Assembly: GCA_050506795.1 (NCBI GenBank)
Contig: JBJHCF010000017.1
Coordinates: 26,919 to 90,918 of the forward strand
Length of the DNA stretch: 64,000 bases
Reading direction: 5' to 3'
Source of the DNA: Opitutia bacterium
GTDB lineage: Bacteria; Verrucomicrobiota; Verrucomicrobiia; Opitutales; T3Sed10-336
Every line of letters starts with the position of its first letter. Positions within the stretch are counted from its first letter, which is position 1. The position numbers were made by a program, and so were the translations under genes. This document shows positions 41,983 to 52,575 of the stretch, piece by piece. A model generated the notes under the pieces. It ran no database searches. It had not been told where the DNA came from and worked only from the letters and a program-made list of their open reading frames with translations.

Positions 41983-44583
41983 ATGTGGCTGATCGGATTG
42001 GTTTTTTTTGTGGTGGTCGGAAACCTGCCCCCGGCGCCGGCGACCGAAATTCCGGTGCCCCTGGCCCTGGAGGAACCGGGGGACCACGGCAACCGGCTGG
42101 TCCATTTTATCTGGCTTCGTCATGCCGGGGACGAGGCCTTGCGCACGGGCCTCCCGACTTTGGCGGTGGACCTCTACCGCCGTGCCATGGAGTTTTTGCC
42201 CGAAAACGATCTCCGGCGGCCTTCCCTGGAAACGGATCTCAGCACCGCCCTGATCGCGCTCGGGCGCTTCGATGAAGCGGCCCGGGTCTTGCACGCCTAC
42301 ACCGGACAGGTTAACGACGCGGTCCTGCTGCGCCGCGGGATACTCTCCTGGCAGGGGCAGCGGTGGGATGAATTGCGCTACCGTCTGGCCGAGATCACTC
42401 CCGGGGCGCTCGGACCGGCCGAAGCGGCCTGGTACGCCTTTCTTCGCGGCTACCTGCGGGAAATCGAGGGGCATACGGAGGAAGCCGAGGCGCTTTACCT
42501 TCAGGCGGAGGAAGCCTCGGTATCGAATTCGCAGCGAGCCCAGTTCACGATCGCTCGCTTTCGGACCCGTTTTTTGACCGGTCCGGTGGATGAAGCCTAC
42601 CTGGAGGAGGTGCGCAACGAGTTGAATGCGCATGCCGGTACCGCGGCCGTTTACCGATTCGCCGAGAAATACGTCCTGGCCCTGGAAGCGCTGGAGCGGA
42701 ATGAGGAGGCACTGGCGGAGGCCGCTGCCTGGCGCGCGCGTATTCCCACGGTGGAGCGTGACGCCAGGGACCGATTTCTCTTCCTGGAAGGGCTGGTGGC
42801 GGGAGAAAACCGCGAGCGGGCGGGGGCCGTGTTCGAGGAGCTTCTGGTCACCGGCGGGTCGCGCCGGCTCCAGCGGGCGGCGCTTTACCAACTGGGTCGG
42901 GATCTGCCGACCGGCGAGGAACGGGAGCTTTTCGAGAATCTGCTCACGGAGCTGATCGATGCCGAGGTGCAGCATCCCCTGATCGACGAACTGCTCATCT
43001 TTCGCGCACGGCTTTCCTTTACCCAACGTCGCTTTGAGCAGGGGAACGAGGATGCCGAAAGGGTCCTCAGCCAGTACCCGGGATCGCGCCTGCGACGCGA
43101 CGCCCTGCGTTTGCTGGGACATATCGCCTGGGAGGAGGAAAAATACCGGACCGCGGCCGATTACGTGACCCGCCTGCGCGATGAGATTCCGGAAGGCGCC
43201 CGGCGGACGGAGCTTGGAGTGCTGGTTGCGGATTGTTATTTCCGGGCGGAAGATTATGAAAACGCGGCCGATGCCTATGGCGATGTTCTGCGGGAAGGCG
43301 GCGCGCAGATGGCGTCCGGTCTCCTCCTTTTTCAACGCGTAACCGCCGAACTGCGGGCCGGTCGATTGGATCGGGCCGAGGCGCACCTGGACGAAGCCAG
43401 ATTCCGCACTCTCGAAGACTTGGATTTCGTTTGGAGGGCGGAATGGAACCTCCTCAAGGAAATGCAGCGTCGCAATCGGATTGATGCCGCCTTTACCCGG
43501 GTGAGCGAGTCGCTGCAAGGGCGCGGGGATGCTCCGCTGCCCCCCGCATTGCGGGTTCGTTTCCTTTGGCTGCGGGCGCAACTTGCGTTCGAGTCAGACC
43601 GTCCGGAGGAGACCCTGGCGTTCCTGGATCAGGTTTTCGCCGAACTGGAACGCGAGGATGCGGGATCCGATCTTTCCGCGGAATTGGCCAGGGCGATTCG
43701 CGGCTATGCCCGTCTGGTGCGCGCTCAGGCGTTTCTGTTGGGCGACCGGTCGGACGAGGCGGTGGCGATCCTGCGGGAGTTGCGCGAGGAAAACCGGGGC
43801 GCCGAACCGGCCGTGTATTCCTACCTGGTGGAGGCCCGGTACCGGGCGGAGGTCGGTCAGGCGGAAGAGGCGCGACAATTGCTGACCGCGCTGGCCGAAA
43901 TCTATCCGGACAGTCCTTATGCACCGATCGCTCTCTACGAAGCCGCGGTATGCACCGGCCGGGAAGGGTTGGATGACGGGTATGAGGAACGCGCCATTGC
44001 AGATCTCGAGCGGTTGGTGGACACTTATCCGAATCACGAACTCGCCTTCTACGCCCGCCTTAAACAAGCGGATCTGCTCCGGCAGATGAATAGTTTCGGC
44101 ACCGCTCGCCAGATTTACGAATCACTGGAGAACCGCTATGCCGATCACCCGGATTGGTTTCGGGTGAAAATCTCTCTGGCCGACACCTTTCTGGCCCAGG
44201 GAGAAACGGCTGACGCTTCATTCCTGGAGCGTGCCCTGGTTACCCTGGAACGTCTTTACGATCTGCCGCACCTCAGCGCGGATATGCGGGCCGAGGCTGG
44301 ATTCAAATACGGTTTTGCCTATGAAAAGATCGGCAATCCGGAGCGGGCGCGTGAGATATATTGGCTGGTTATCGCCGCGGTGCTGGAGGACAGCGGCGAT
44401 TTGAGCGGGCTGGGATCCAAGGGCCGATACTGGGCCTCCCGGGCGGTGTTTCATCTGGCCCGGCTTCTTGAGGACTCCGAGCGTTGGAACGAAGCCCGGG
44501 AGACCTATTCCCTCATTTTTTCCCACCAACTTCCGGGCGAATCGCTGGCCCGGTCGCGGTTGAATCCGCTGATCACCCGCTAA
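41983..44583 (+). CDS. Large exported TPR-repeat protein
   Basis: Signal-like MWLIGLVFFVVVG; repeated helical units with YPGS/YPDS/YPNH turns; start uncertain (ORF open from 41893). Confidence 0.75.
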   Translation: MWLIGLVFFVVVGNLPPAPATEIPVPLALEEPGDHGNRLVHFIWLRHAGDEALRTGLPTLAVDLYRRAMEFLPENDLRRPSLETDLSTALIALGRFDEAARVLHAYTGQVNDAVLLRRGILSWQGQRWDELRYRLAEITPGALGPAEAAWYAFLRGYLREIEGHTEEAEALYLQAEEASVSNSQRAQFTIARFRTRFLTGPVDEAYLEEVRNELNAHAGTAAVYRFAEKYVLALEALERNEEALAEAAAWRARIPTVERDARDRFLFLEGLVAGENRERAGAVFEELLVTGGSRRLQRAALYQLGRDLPTGEERELFENLLTELIDAEVQHPLIDELLIFRARLSFTQRRFEQGNEDAERVLSQYPGSRLRRDALRLLGHIAWEEEKYRTAADYVTRLRDEIPEGARRTELGVLVADCYFRAEDYENAADAYGDVLREGGAQMASGLLLFQRVTAELRAGRLDRAEAHLDEARFRTLEDLDFVWRAEWNLLKEMQRRNRIDAAFTRVSESLQGRGDAPLPPALRVRFLWLRAQLAFESDRPEETLAFLDQVFAELEREDAGSDLSAELARAIRGYARLVRAQAFLLGDRSDEAVAILRELREENRGAEPAVYSYLVEARYRAEVGQAEEARQLLTALAEIYPDSPYAPIALYEAAVCTGREGLDDGYEERAIADLERLVDTYPNHELAFYARLKQADLLRQMNSFGTARQIYESLENRYADHPDWFRVKISLADTFLAQGETADASFLERALVTLERLYDLPHLSADMRAEAGFKYGFAYEKIGNPERAREIYWLVIAAVLEDSGDLSGLGSKGRYWASRAVFHLARLLEDSERWNEARETYSLIFSHQLPGESLARSRLNPLITR

Positions 44584-44595
44584 GCGCCACATAGA

Positions 44596-45279
44596 GTGAC
44601 TGATTTCGCCATCATGAACGTTTTTGATTTTAGTTTGTTCGAAAAGGGCGGCCCAGTGATGTGGTTGCTGCTTTTGCTCAGTATCATCGGCTTGATCTTG
44701 TTTATCGAACGGACGCTTTATCTGCATCGGAGCCAGATTCGCTCCACCGAGTTCCTTTCGGGGATAAAAAACATCCTGCGCAAACGTCGCCTGGTGGAGG
44801 CTTTGACCGTCTGCGAGGAAACTCCGGGACCGGTGGCCAGCGTGGTCAAGGCTGGCCTGCTGCATCATGAGGATGATGAGGCGAAGATGCGGTTCGCCAT
44901 CCAGGAGGCGGCGCTGGTGGAAATTCCCGCCATGGAGCGCCGTATCGGCTCGATCACGGCGATCGCTCACGTGGCTCCGTTGCTCGGCCTTTTGGGGACG
45001 GTGCTCGGATTCATCAACGCGTTTACCCTGCTGCAGTCGGAAGGCGCTTACGCTCACGCCGGCCTGCTGGCCGGAGGCGTCTGGCAGGCGCTGCTGACCA
45101 CCGCCGCCGGTCTGGCGGTCGCGGTTCCCGCTTATCTGGGACAGCACTTCCTCTACGGCCGGGTACGGGCCCTGGCGCACGACATGGAGTGGGTGGGGAA
45201 CGACATCATGCAGTTTTTGCTCCGGGATCTGGACACGGAAGTCGAGGAGGAGCAGCAGGTCGAGGTTAAGGGGATCTGA
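44596..45279 (+). CDS. exbB: MotA/TolQ/ExbB proton channel protein
   Basis: GGPVMW, APLLGLLGTVLG, ALLTTAAGLAVAVP. Confidence 0.9.
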   Translation: MTDFAIMNVFDFSLFEKGGPVMWLLLLLSIIGLILFIERTLYLHRSQIRSTEFLSGIKNILRKRRLVEALTVCEETPGPVASVVKAGLLHHEDDEAKMRFAIQEAALVEIPAMERRIGSITAIAHVAPLLGLLGTVLGFINAFTLLQSEGAYAHAGLLAGGVWQALLTTAAGLAVAVPAYLGQHFLYGRVRALAHDMEWVGNDIMQFLLRDLDTEVEEEQQVEVKGI

Positions 45280-45293
45280 AACCGGACGATCGA

Positions 45294-45755
45294 ATGATAA
45301 CTCGTCCTCTCAACCTGCAATCCCGTCTGAAGAAACCCTCGCTGCGTTTCGATGTCGTTGCCTTGTTCGACATCCTGGTGATCGTTTTTGGATTCACCCT
45401 GCTGAGTTCCCGTTTTATTTTCGCTCCTGGGATCACCATCGATTTGCCTCGAGTGGCGGCGGATGATCTGGTCGGCATCCGCACCGACGCCGTGCTGACG
45501 ATCGGGGCCAACGAGATGCTTCTTTTTGAGGGGGCAATTCTTAACTACGACAATTTTGTCGACCGCCTTAGAGATCACTTCCGGGAAGATCCGGACGGCT
45601 CGCTCCTGATTCGGGCCGACCGGCGGATTCCAATGCAAACCCTGCTGGAAGTCGCGGAACTCGCCCGATCGGCCGGGGTGGCCCGGGTCCAGGTGGCGGC
45701 CGCTCCATCGGTGAGGGGAGAAGGGCGTGATTTCCTGGATGCGGAGAGGAGGTAG
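45294..45755 (+). CDS. exbD: ExbD/TolR biopolymer transport protein
   Basis: TM with conserved Asp (LFDIL), IDLP, LLIRAD, ARSAGV. Confidence 0.88.
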   Translation: MITRPLNLQSRLKKPSLRFDVVALFDILVIVFGFTLLSSRFIFAPGITIDLPRVAADDLVGIRTDAVLTIGANEMLLFEGAILNYDNFVDRLRDHFREDPDGSLLIRADRRIPMQTLLEVAELARSAGVARVQVAAAPSVRGEGRDFLDAERR

Positions 45756-45759
45756 AACG

Positions 45760-46536
45760 ATGGAGCGGCGCGCGAATCCAAAAGTGTCCTCCAACGGGCG
45801 ATTCTGGAAGATCTCAATTGCCTGTGGTTTCCTGGTCCATCTGCTCGGACTATTGCTCCTGCGCGTCCATTCGGTTCCGGAAACTCCTATTCTGGTTGAG
45901 CGTCCCTACCTGACTCTGACTCCGGCCGGACAGCAGCCGCAACTGGACGATTTCGGCGGTTTTGACCGTGTTGCCTTATTGGATACGTCGCCATTGTACC
46001 TGCCGAATCGTTGGAACACCGACAGCGGCAACCTGGATGCTATTCGTTCGCTGCGACCGCGCGAGTTATTCGATCCGTTTCCTCCGCGCCTGTCGTTCGC
46101 CGAATCTCCCGCCGCCGCCGAATTGTCCCTCCGATTGGAAACCGCCGCGGATCCTTGGGAGATCGTTGTGGGCCGGGAGCGGTTTCCTTTTGCCTCCCTT
46201 GGCCGGGTTGATTCCGAGCGGCCCGGTGACACGGTCCGTTTCGCCCGCGTCGCCGTATTTCGTTTCGGCGAATCCGTCCCGATTGTGGAAATCGAGGTGT
46301 CCCCGGACGAGGTGGCGGACAGGTTCGAGGAAGCCGTCTATCCCGGAAACCCCATGGTGTTCTCCGTGCAGGTCGGCAGTTTTGGGGGCCTGGGGTCCCT
46401 TATCCTGGTGGAGAGTTCCGGAAGGGAAGAACTCGACACGTTTTTCCGTCACGGTTTTCGCGACCGCCTGCGTGACGCCTGGAGTGAAGCAGGCGTTCTG
46501 GCTTCCGGGTACTACCGAGTGGAAGTGGGGCCCTGA
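45760..46536 (+). CDS. Hypothetical membrane-anchored protein, possible divergent TonB-like energy transducer
   Basis: aggaggt RBS, N-terminal TM with His (GFLVHLL), C-terminal VESSGREELD resembling TonB_C; follows exbBD. Confidence 0.55.
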   Translation: MERRANPKVSSNGRFWKISIACGFLVHLLGLLLLRVHSVPETPILVERPYLTLTPAGQQPQLDDFGGFDRVALLDTSPLYLPNRWNTDSGNLDAIRSLRPRELFDPFPPRLSFAESPAAAELSLRLETAADPWEIVVGRERFPFASLGRVDSERPGDTVRFARVAVFRFGESVPIVEIEVSPDEVADRFEEAVYPGNPMVFSVQVGSFGGLGSLILVESSGREELDTFFRHGFRDRLRDAWSEAGVLASGYYRVEVGP

Positions 46537-46634
46537 TTAGGCTATCCTCCACAGATCAATTTCGGGCGAACCCTTTTCCTCAAGGTTTTCGTTCTGGCGT
46601 GGGCGAAGGATTATCCGGATTCCTGATGTCCGAA

Positions 46635-49553
46635 TCAGTCGCAGCTTTTCTCATCGAGAAGATCGCGGACCATTCGATTGAGTTTCAATGAGGCGTAGGG
46701 TTTCTGCAGGAAAACGGACTTTCCGCCTGTTAAGCCTTTGGTTAGCGCTATCTCGTGACTGTACCCGCTGGTAAAGACAACCTTTAGCTTCGGATTCTCT
46801 TGCCACAAACGTTCGGCCAGGTCGATCCCGCTCATACCGTGCGGCATGACCATGTCGGTTAACAGCAGGTCGATGCAATCTGAATCTTTCCGCCAAACCT
46901 CCAATGCGGCGACCCCGCTATCTGCTGTCAGAACCCGGTAGCCGGAGGAAGCCAACATGAGGCTTACCATCTCGCGCACCGAGGGCTCGTCCTCCACGAC
47001 CAGAATCGTTTCAGATCCCCTGCTGGTTTTTCCCGCGATGGTCGTTTGTTCGGCGCCCGGGGTCCGGCCGGTGTCCGCCGGCAGGTGGACTTTGACACAG
47101 GTTCCGACGCCTGGAGTGGATTCCACGTCGATCCAACCCCCATGCTCTTTCACGATACCGTAAACGCTGGAAAGGCCCAATCCGGTTCCTTTGCCGGGTT
47201 CTTTGGTGGTGAAAAAAGGTTCGAAGGCTTGCGCGATTGTTTCCGGTGTCATTCCGGATCCTGAGTCCTCGACACAAATGCAGACGAATACTCCGGTTCG
47301 GGCTTCGGGTTTCAACGATGTTTCCGACTGGCCCAGGGTCAGGCGAGACGTCGACAGGGTAAGATTCCCGCCTTCGGGCATCGCGTCGCGGGCGTTGACC
47401 GCCAGGTTCATAATTACCTGCTCAAGCATGCCGGGATCACCTGTCACATGGGGAACATCGACCGAGCAACGGACGTCGATCGAAATTTCTTCACCCAAAA
47501 GGCGTTCCAGCATTCTGGAAAATGTTGCGACCATCTCATTGATATTGATGTGCCGCTTCTGCATTACCTCCTTTCGACTGAAAAGCAGCAGTTGGCGGAC
47601 GAGGGAGGCCCCTCGTTCACAGGCTTTGTGGATTTCCCGAAGGGGATCCAATAAGCCTGATGGAAGATTCTGTTCCGAGATGAGAAAGGAGGTGTAGCCT
47701 TGCTGAACCGTGAGAATATTGTTGAAATCGTGAGCCACCCCCGCGGCCAGCCTGCCGATGGAATCCAGTTTCTGCATCTGGCGCAAATCTTCTTCCAACC
47801 TCCTTCGTTCGCTGACGTCGATCCCCATGCCGATCAGGGATGAGCGCCCGTCGTACTCGATTCGCCAACCGGTAAAATAAAAAGGGATTCTCCTTCCATC
47901 CTTCGTCGCAAGATTGGCTTCGGCTGCAGCCTGACCGGTTTCGAACACCGTGCCGATCCGCTCGGCAATAAGTTGCTTGTCGGATCCGCGAAATAGGTCG
48001 ATCGGATGCATCGCTTGAATCTCCTCGGCGGAATAACCAGTGACCGTTTCAAGGTTTTTATTCCAACGCATATACCGGCCCGACTCATCGAAAAGATAAA
48101 AGATGCCCGGAAGACTGTTGATGATTTCATTTGAGAGGTTGCGCTCGCGTCGCAAGGTCTCCTCAAAAGCCTTCCTTCCGGTAATGTCCTCCGCCACCCC
48201 GGCGATACGATAGACTTTCCCGTCGGCGTCGCGTACGGGAAAGGCCCGGTCGTGAATCCAACGCACTTCTCCGTCCGGGCGGATGATTTGGTACTCCAAA
48301 TCATAGTCTCCGGACGCCTGCCTGTACAGGCCGTCCTTCACCCGCTCCCGGTCTTTGGGATGGATCGACTCAATCCATTTCTGGGGCGACTTGGAAAGGC
48401 TTTCGACGGTGCGTCCCCATATCAATTCGTAGGCCGGACTCACATAAAGCATTTGTTGCTTATCGGGATCGGTCATCCAAAAGACCTCGCGAATATTCTC
48501 CGCGAGTTGCCGGAAACGTTCCTCGCTCGCCCGTCGCTCCTTTACCTCCCGCAGCAAACGCTCGTTCGCCGCCATCAAATCTGTGGTGCGCTCCCGGACG
48601 CGACGATCCAATTGGCTGGTTGCCTGCAAGAGGGCGGCTTCAGCTTCCTTTTTGTCCTGGATGTCGGTGCAGGTGCCGAACCAGCGGACGATCCGGCCGT
48701 TTTCGTCCTTTTGCGGCATTGCCCGGACCAAATGCCAGCGCCAGGCGCCATCGGTAGCGCGCCGAAGGCGAAGTTCGACATCGTAGGGCTCCCCGGTCTG
48801 AAGCGACCTTTGCCAGCGCGCGAAACCTTCGTCGCGGTCTTTCGGATGGACCGCGCCCCGGCCGTCCCAATCGCGCATCGCTTCGCTATCGAGCTGAAAG
48901 TAGTCGAGGCAACGTTGATTGAAATAATCCAACGTGCCATCGGGTCGGGCGGCCCAGATAATATGCGGAACCGTTTCCGCCAGGGTTTCGAACTCCTCCT
49001 CCGCCTGAGCCCGTGCTTCCTTTTCAACTGCCAAACGGGTGCGCGTGCGGGCCAGTTCGCGATTCCGCTGGCGCAGATCCAGCAGCGTAATGACATGCCG
49101 GCTCAGGATGCGCAGCGCCTGCTGGTGTTCGGGCTTCATCTCGCGCGGCTTTCGATCGATGACACAGAGCGTTCCCAAAGCGTGTCCCTCGGAGGTGACC
49201 AACGGGGCGCCCGCATAGAATCGAATATTCGGATCGTCCGTCACCATCGGGTTCCGCGCGAAGCGCTCATCCTTGGTTGCGTCCGGCACGATGAGAATTT
49301 CCGGCTGTTCGATGGCATGCGAACAAAATGAAATTGTTCGCGAAGTCTCCTTGATATTCAGACCCAATTCCGACTTGAACCACTGCCGGTCCTCGTCGAC
49401 GAGCGTGATCAGCGAAATCGGTGCCTCGCATATTTTGGCCGCCAGCTTGGTCAGGTCGTCGAAAGCCTGTTCCGGAGGGGTATCCAGAACTCCGATTTCT
49501 CGCAACGCCTCCAGCCGTGCGCGCTCGTCAATGGACTCACTTTTATAGTTCAT
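46635..49553 (-). CDS. Hybrid sensor kinase GAF-PAS-PAS-PAS-HisKA-HATPase-REC
   Basis: LDTPPEQAFDD..IRFYAGAPL..GTLCVID GAF; three PAS/PAC; GVAHDFNNIL, FEPFFTTK, LLLTDMVMP. Confidence 0.93.
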   Translation of the reverse strand: MNYKSESIDERARLEALREIGVLDTPPEQAFDDLTKLAAKICEAPISLITLVDEDRQWFKSELGLNIKETSRTISFCSHAIEQPEILIVPDATKDERFARNPMVTDDPNIRFYAGAPLVTSEGHALGTLCVIDRKPREMKPEHQQALRILSRHVITLLDLRQRNRELARTRTRLAVEKEARAQAEEEFETLAETVPHIIWAARPDGTLDYFNQRCLDYFQLDSEAMRDWDGRGAVHPKDRDEGFARWQRSLQTGEPYDVELRLRRATDGAWRWHLVRAMPQKDENGRIVRWFGTCTDIQDKKEAEAALLQATSQLDRRVRERTTDLMAANERLLREVKERRASEERFRQLAENIREVFWMTDPDKQQMLYVSPAYELIWGRTVESLSKSPQKWIESIHPKDRERVKDGLYRQASGDYDLEYQIIRPDGEVRWIHDRAFPVRDADGKVYRIAGVAEDITGRKAFEETLRRERNLSNEIINSLPGIFYLFDESGRYMRWNKNLETVTGYSAEEIQAMHPIDLFRGSDKQLIAERIGTVFETGQAAAEANLATKDGRRIPFYFTGWRIEYDGRSSLIGMGIDVSERRRLEEDLRQMQKLDSIGRLAAGVAHDFNNILTVQQGYTSFLISEQNLPSGLLDPLREIHKACERGASLVRQLLLFSRKEVMQKRHININEMVATFSRMLERLLGEEISIDVRCSVDVPHVTGDPGMLEQVIMNLAVNARDAMPEGGNLTLSTSRLTLGQSETSLKPEARTGVFVCICVEDSGSGMTPETIAQAFEPFFTTKEPGKGTGLGLSSVYGIVKEHGGWIDVESTPGVGTCVKVHLPADTGRTPGAEQTTIAGKTSRGSETILVVEDEPSVREMVSLMLASSGYRVLTADSGVAALEVWRKDSDCIDLLLTDMVMPHGMSGIDLAERLWQENPKLKVVFTSGYSHEIALTKGLTGGKSVFLQKPYASLKLNRMVRDLLDEKSCD

Positions 49554-49729
49554 GGCGGGAGATTCGGGCCGTTGCCAATGCACGGAGTCGCAACGGAATA
49601 CAAGGAGAGTGTTCGTACAGAAAGCAGGGAACAAGCCGCCGACTGAGGACCCGAAGGTCTGCTTAGGGATAACGGAAAGCTATGCCTGTTGTCAAATGAA
49701 TTCCCTTCGCTTTCCGAACGGGTTGGAAG

Positions 49730-50506
49730 TTACACGAGTCGCGAATAGGAGTGCAGAAAACGGCGAAGCAGGACGATTGAGGTATGGAAGAGGATTCCCA
49801 TCAGGCAGGCGAGAAGGCCGGTGGCAAAAAGGGCGGCCGTTTCGTGTCGTGAGAAGTAGACGATGACCAGGTAGCCGAGGCCTCCGCCGCCGCCGGAGCC
49901 ACTGCCGGCGAAAAACTCCCCGGCGATCGCTCCGATGGGGGCGAGAGTGGCGGCGATGCGCAGACCGGAGAAGTAGTGCGGGAGGGCGTGGGGCACGCGC
50001 AGGAGAAACATTTCCTGCCGACGATTCGCCTGGAGGATTCGCATCAGGTCAAGCATGGGGCGGGGCACCGAGAGCATGCCGTGCACGGTGTTCGAAACCA
50101 CGGGGAAAAAGGTGATCAGAAAAGTGATGGCCGTCACACTGGGAAAGCCGGGTCCAATCCAGATGACCAGTAGCGGGGTGAGAATGATGACCGGCACCGT
50201 TTGCAGGAGCAGGACGTAAGGGAACAGGGAGAGTCGCAACCCGCGGGACCAGGCCAGCAGGGTCGCCAGAGCGAATCCGGCCAGTGCCGATAAGAGCAAC
50301 CCGGTCAGGGCGGCCCCGCCGGTGACGGCGAATCCGGTCAGTAGATTGCTTCGCCGTTCAACCGCGGCCCGGAGAATCTCGTGGGGCAGGGGCAGCAGGT
50401 AGCCTGGCAGCGTGTAAAGTCGGACCACGAGGTACCAGGCGGCGAGCACCACCGCGGCGGAAATCAGGGGCCAGGCCCATGGACGGATTGGATGGTCCTT
50501 TCTCAT
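49730..50506 (-). CDS. NitT/TauT-type ABC transporter permease
   Basis: LLPLPHEI, QTVPVI, FFPVV, ALPHYFSGLR, GLGY. Confidence 0.88.
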   Translation of the reverse strand: MRKDHPIRPWAWPLISAAVVLAAWYLVVRLYTLPGYLLPLPHEILRAAVERRSNLLTGFAVTGGAALTGLLLSALAGFALATLLAWSRGLRLSLFPYVLLLQTVPVIILTPLLVIWIGPGFPSVTAITFLITFFPVVSNTVHGMLSVPRPMLDLMRILQANRRQEMFLLRVPHALPHYFSGLRIAATLAPIGAIAGEFFAGSGSGGGGGLGYLVIVYFSRHETAALFATGLLACLMGILFHTSIVLLRRFLHSYSRLV

Positions 50507-51255
50507 CCGCCGGCGTGCTCGCGCAGTAACCGGGACAGCCCGGCGGTCAATTGGTGGAATGCCTCCTCGTTGCGGGTATCCGGATTTCGGGGGTGCGCCC
50601 GCGGGTGGGCGATGTCGGCGACGATTTCCCCGGGCGCTGTCTTGAAAACCAGGATACGGTCGGCTAAAAACGCGGCTTCGGTGACGGAGTGGGTGACCAG
50701 GAGCGTGGTCCGTGACCGCGCCGCGTGCAGCGCCGAAAGGTCCTCGTTCAACCGGTCGCGGGTTATCTCATCGAGCGCGGCGAAGGGTTCGTCCAGCAAC
50801 AGGAGTTCCGGCGCATCCACAAGCGCCCGGGCCAGGGCGGCCCGCATTTTCATGCCGCCGGAGAGCTGGTCCGGATAAAGGTGAACGGCCTGCTTGAGTC
50901 CGACCCTCGACGCTTCCTCCCGCGCCGCCTCACGGCGGCGTCCGCGGTGCTGGCCGCGAAGGCGCAGAGGAAGGGCGATGTTGTCTTCCACCCTGAGCCA
51001 CGGCAGCAGGGTGGCCTCCTGAAAAACGATCCCGGTGCGAAGCTGACCGCTGTCCGCGGTCCGGTCGCCGAAGGTCAGCGTTCCCTTGCCGGGTGTCTCC
51101 AGCCCCGCCACCAGGCGCAGCAGGGTGCTCTTGCCGCAACCGCTCGGACCGATAATCGCAACAAAAGAGCCTTTCTCAAAATCCAGTCGCGGGATGGTCA
51201 AAACCGTGCCGGAGTCCGCGTAAGCGTGACTCAGATTGTCAATACTCAGGAACAT
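50503..51255 (-). CDS. NitT/TauT-type ABC transporter ATP-binding protein
   Basis: GPSGCGKST, LSGGMKMR, LLLDEPFAALD, LVTH. Confidence 0.92.
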   Translation of the reverse strand: MFLSIDNLSHAYADSGTVLTIPRLDFEKGSFVAIIGPSGCGKSTLLRLVAGLETPGKGTLTFGDRTADSGQLRTGIVFQEATLLPWLRVEDNIALPLRLRGQHRGRRREAAREEASRVGLKQAVHLYPDQLSGGMKMRAALARALVDAPELLLLDEPFAALDEITRDRLNEDLSALHAARSRTTLLVTHSVTEAAFLADRILVFKTAPGEIVADIAHPRAHPRNPDTRNEEAFHQLTAGLSRLLREHAGG

Positions 51256-51351
51256 GCAGCGGATCGGTTTCGGTTACCGAACTGACAGGCTTCCGCCACC
51301 GTGAGGGAAGGATCGTTGCGGCGGTCACTGCGGCGGACAGGAAATTCCCAC

Positions 51352-52380
51352 TCAATCGTGCGGGTGGAGTTCGTAGTGCCGGCGGAGCAAATCTTCGCCG
51401 AAGTCATTTTCGAAATCACGCCAGACCGCGTGGATGTGGTTGGCGTTGTTCTGGACGTTGTCGTATTCCAGGATGAAAGTCGGACCCTGGATCCGGTAGT
51501 AGTGGCCCTGGCCGGGTTCCGTAGCTCCCGCCCAGCCGAAGTGGATTTCCCCGAAACCGGCCTGATGGATCTTCTCCAGATCCTGATCCGCCAGTTCCGG
51601 GCGGTGCCGGCGCACGAATTCTTCGATCAGCCGAAGCAGGAGTTGTTGTTGCGAGTCGTCCAGATCGGCCGCGGGTATTCCGGCCAGGGGAAGGGGCTCC
51701 ACCTTCCTTTCGGCTCCCGTGATGATGTCGCGGGGCGCGCGGGTGCTGAAGATCGCGACTTCCCTTTGTTCATCGGAAAGGGCCTGGATCAATTCGCGGC
51801 CGAGATCCTCTTCGGCCGCGAGCGCTCTGAGGCCGGCGCGCGGGCCGTTTCTCACTTCCGCCGGGTTGGCTCCAAAGAACGACGGCGTGCCGGCGACGTG
51901 CTCGCCGTCCACGATCGTGAAGTTGATCGCGAGATGGTGTCCCTCAAGCCGCCAACCCCAGGTCGCCTCCGGACCGGGCCGGCCGAAAATAGTAATGTAG
52001 TAAAGTTCGGGATCCCGGTGCGCGGCGCCGCCTTCGAGTTCGTGCAGGATTTGTTCGAGGCTCATGATCGTGTACGCTTTGATCAGCCCCTGGTGGCTGA
52101 GCCCGGAGCTGAGCAATGCCTGGAGGAGATGGCGTTGTGTGGTCGTGAGCTCTTTGATGGGAATTCCATTCCGCGGCCGCGGTACAAAGTGCCAGTTGTG
52201 CCGTTCATCCGCGTCGAATTCGAAGGTAGCCGCTTCGCGTTGTTCGGGCGACAGGGCGGCGAGGAAGTTCGCCGCGGTCTCGGCCATCTCTTGTGCGGCC
52301 GAGCGTGGATGGGAGTTGGCGTGGGACATGACAGGAAACCCCAGGGTTATGGCCGCCAGGGCGACGATCAGAGTTCTCAT
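51352..52380 (-). CDS. DUF3500 family exported protein
   Basis: Signal peptide; WHFVP, WGWRLEGHHL, TPSFFGANP, HYYRIQGP, NHIHAVWRD. Confidence 0.88.
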   Translation of the reverse strand: MRTLIVALAAITLGFPVMSHANSHPRSAAQEMAETAANFLAALSPEQREAATFEFDADERHNWHFVPRPRNGIPIKELTTTQRHLLQALLSSGLSHQGLIKAYTIMSLEQILHELEGGAAHRDPELYYITIFGRPGPEATWGWRLEGHHLAINFTIVDGEHVAGTPSFFGANPAEVRNGPRAGLRALAAEEDLGRELIQALSDEQREVAIFSTRAPRDIITGAERKVEPLPLAGIPAADLDDSQQQLLLRLIEEFVRRHRPELADQDLEKIHQAGFGEIHFGWAGATEPGQGHYYRIQGPTFILEYDNVQNNANHIHAVWRDFENDFGEDLLRRHYELHPHD

Positions 52381-52575
52381 TGTGGAAGGATCGGCGGATT
52401 CCCGGACGATCGCAACGCCAAAGCCTGATCCAGGCATTTGCCCAAGAAACCGGCAAAACGGCGGAATCAAGAATCCGGATTCATGGAAAACGGTGCCGGT
52501 CGGGGATCAACAGGTCGCGCGGCGGTGCGGATGTCCTGGTGGTTTCTTCTGTGACCATTCGGAAGGCTCGTGCGA

